In this document: positions 61,331 through 64,000 of the stretch, in pieces
How positions within the stretch are numbered: position 1 is the first letter of the stretch
Layout of the letters: every line of letters begins with the position of its first letter
Source: Malacoraja senta
Lineage: Eukaryota
NCBI GenBank assembly: GCA_038087875.1
Contig: CM075996.1
Coordinates: 8,248,001 to 8,312,000 of the forward strand
Direction: 5' to 3'
Length of the DNA stretch: 64,000 bases
Notes under the pieces: model-generated
Told to the model about the DNA's origin: nothing
The model's database searches: none
The model's input: the letters and a program-made list of their open reading frames with translations, nothing else
Position numbers and translations under genes: made by a program

Positions 61331-64000
61331 GCTGCGGTGTTGCGCAGTTCGGACCCCAGCAGCTTCTGCAGAAATCAGACACAAGCGAAGATTTCATTTT
61401 TAGTGTTAGAGATACGGTATGGAAACAGGCCCTTCGGCCCACCGAGTCCGTGCCGACCAGCGATCCCCGCACACTAACACTATCCTACCCACCATAATAC
61501 AAAGCAAATTAGCCTACAAACCTGAGGTAGACAAAAATGCTGGAGAAACCAGCGGGTGAAGCAGCATCTATGGAGCGAAGGGAACTTCCATCGCTCCATA
61601 GATGCTGCCTCACCCGCTGAGTCCCTCCAGCATTTTTGTCCACCTTCGATTTTACAGCATCTGCAGTTCCTTCTTAACATTTAGCCTACAAACTGTATGT
61701 CCTTGGTGTGTGGGAGGAAAGCGGACCAGGGAAACCCATGGAGGTAACGGGAGAAGGTACAAACTCCATACAGATAAGCACCCGTAGTTAGGATTGAACC
61801 CCGGTGGCTGGCGCAGTAAGGCACAACTCAACTGCCGCGCCACTGTGCCGCAGATCTTTAAAGAAAGTGCATCGTCCATAAACAATACATCCCACAAAAC
61901 ACGGAGCAAGATTTGTTTCCCCGGGAAAGAGATAATCATAGCAAAGTAACAAGAGGTGGGGAGAAAACACCGTTGGTTGTTGATAAGTCTCTGAACTATA
62001 ATTGTAATGAAATGAAAATATGATAACTAACATGAGTTAGAACAAGGTTAGCGCAGTAAAACTTTAAGTGTAGGAAGGAACTGCAGATGCTTGTTTACAC
62101 TGCAGATAGACACAAAAAGCTGGAGTAACTCAGCGGGTCAGGCAGCATCTCTGAAGAAAAGGAGCAGGTGACGTTTCGGGTCGAGACCCTTCTTCAGATG
62201 TGGGAGACTTTAATCTACATACAGACTGGGAAAATCTTATTTGTACTGAGTAAGTGGATTCCTGTTTGTTTAAGAGATGAGAAAAGACACAAAGTGCTGG
62301 AGTAACAGCGGGCCAGGCAGCATCTCTGGAGAACATGGCTATGTGACATTGTGGATCGGGACTCTTCTTCAGACAGATCAATCTGAAGAAGTGTTCCGAT
62401 CCGAAACATCACCCCGGGATGCTACCTGACCCCTGAGTTACTCCAGCACTTTGTGTCTTTTTTGGTAAAAGCAGCATTTGTAGCTTCTACATTGGATAAG
62501 AGACGGATTGTGTTGAAGAACCACTATCAAAACGGGCTATTTTAGATCCAGATCTGTGCAAAGAAAAGGGTTTATTATAGTTTTTTTTATAAAGTAGCCC
62601 GGAGAAAAGAGAAACCATCATATGAGAGGACTTTACCTTGTTTGAAAGTGATGTACTTCAACGCAAGACCAGGGTTTTCAACCTAAATAAAGGAAATTAA
62701 AAATAATAGAAAATACTGGGGATACTCAGCAGCCCTTTTTGATACGAGTCGCCGACTTGGATGTAAACAGTTTCTCTCTCCTGATCTGCCTGAGTATCCT
62801 CAGCAGATTTCAGTTTACACCATGTGATTTTTTTAAATGTTCCAGTGTTAAGGACTGGTTTGCTGTGGTGAACTGGGAAACTACATAAATGGGTTTGATA
62901 GCAGACATGTACAAAGATAAAGCACATATTTAAAACAAATACACTTTCCCATTGGGCACAAGGATACAGCAGGAAAAGTGGCTCAGACTTGGGATTACAG
63001 AAGGTGGCGCAGTGGTAGAGTTGATGCCTTACAGAGCCAGACGTCCAGGTTCGATCCTGACTACGCGTGCTGTCTTTACGGAGTTTGTGCGTTCTCCTGC
63101 GACTGCTTGGGTGAGCCCAAGGACTAGAACTCTCTCGTTTACTCTCCTTCTATTTTGGGGGTTTGTAGATTCATGGCCTCTGTAAAATTCCCACTAGTGT
63201 GCAGGGAGTTGATGTAAAGTGTGATAACATAGAAATGGTGCGAACAGGTGATAGATGGTCAGCGTGGACTCAGTGGCCTGTTTCCACACTGTATTTACAA
63301 ACTAAACTCTAAAGTATTTTCACTTTCTTTGATTTGATATTGATTTCTTTAGTTCCTTTACAAATTCCAAAATCTCACCAATCCCAGGCATACTGCATTT
63401 TTCCCTGATAACTGCATACCCTTTTTTAAATTTTACTGCAGATGCTGGAATCATGAGCAAGACACAAAGTGCTGGAGGAACTGCAGGTCAGGCAACCTCT
63501 GTGGAGGGTTATGGACAGATGACGTGTCGGGACAGGACCATTCTTCAGATTTTACCGTGATTTAATTTCTTCTGTAATCCATGACTAGACTACCATTGTG
63601 ACTTTATGCCTTAAAGGAAATATTTAGTTGTTGTATGTATTTTTTTAAATTTATATCAGCCTCAGGCTGTTCAGTACATATACCTTAATGTGATTTTCCA
63701 ATCCAATAAAGCTAACCTGCCCCTCAAACCTTCAGGGATGTTTTTCTTCTGATAGAAAACCCTGGTTTCACATTGGAAATCACTTCCGCACATAATGGAA
63801 AACTCTATCATATTATGGTCACACTTTACAAGGGTGCCTGTACAGCACGATTAATCTTCCCGTTGCACAGTACTAGGTCTAAACAGACTGTTCCTAAGTC
63901 AGTTCCTCAATATATCAATCTAGAAATCTGTGACATCTATTAAGAGCAGCATGGTCATGCAGTTCAAATATCTATCTATGTGTGTAGGAAGGAACAACAG

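Noticed and set aside
56535..61477. Many + strand ORFs over TCF20
   Set aside because: Antisense shadows of GC-rich coding sequence with no recognisable domains.

Overview
Repeat-dense vertebrate genomic DNA, almost certainly from a cartilaginous fish (skate/ray-type HE1/V-SINEs, HER1/CR1 LINEs), with a 200-nt N gap at 35803-36002. Two spliced protein-coding genes are on the minus strand. (1) TCF20: a ~5-kb first coding exon (61330-56322) broken by about a dozen frame switches, three clean small exons (37010-36917, 34565-34516, 33014-32967) that complete the ePHD finger and the TEQSERG* C-terminus, and a probable 3'UTR exon. (2) Downstream, an Ig V-set single-pass receptor gene that the ORF track does not show as a gene, reconstructed here from phase-compatible exons: signal peptide 16906-16855, V domain 14912-14585, TM 4699-4590, cytoplasmic 2864-2790. 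It has a CD28-like YxxxxT TM motif but no MYPPPY; NFAM1 is the alternative by synteny. The rest is transposon-derived. It includes a decayed DIRS tyrosine-recombinase retrotransposon with intact ITR/ICR ends (7475-12780), two convergent Passport-like Tc1 copies, a hAT-like element with an 8-bp TSD carrying a nested palindromic pogo/Tc2-like MITE, and Rex1/Babar, L2 and CR1 fragments. A very abundant, often fold-back, Penelope-like short repeat carries a minimal hammerhead-ribozyme core. Several local direct and inverted duplications may be real or assembly artefacts. All calls come from reading the sequence by eye; no searches were run.
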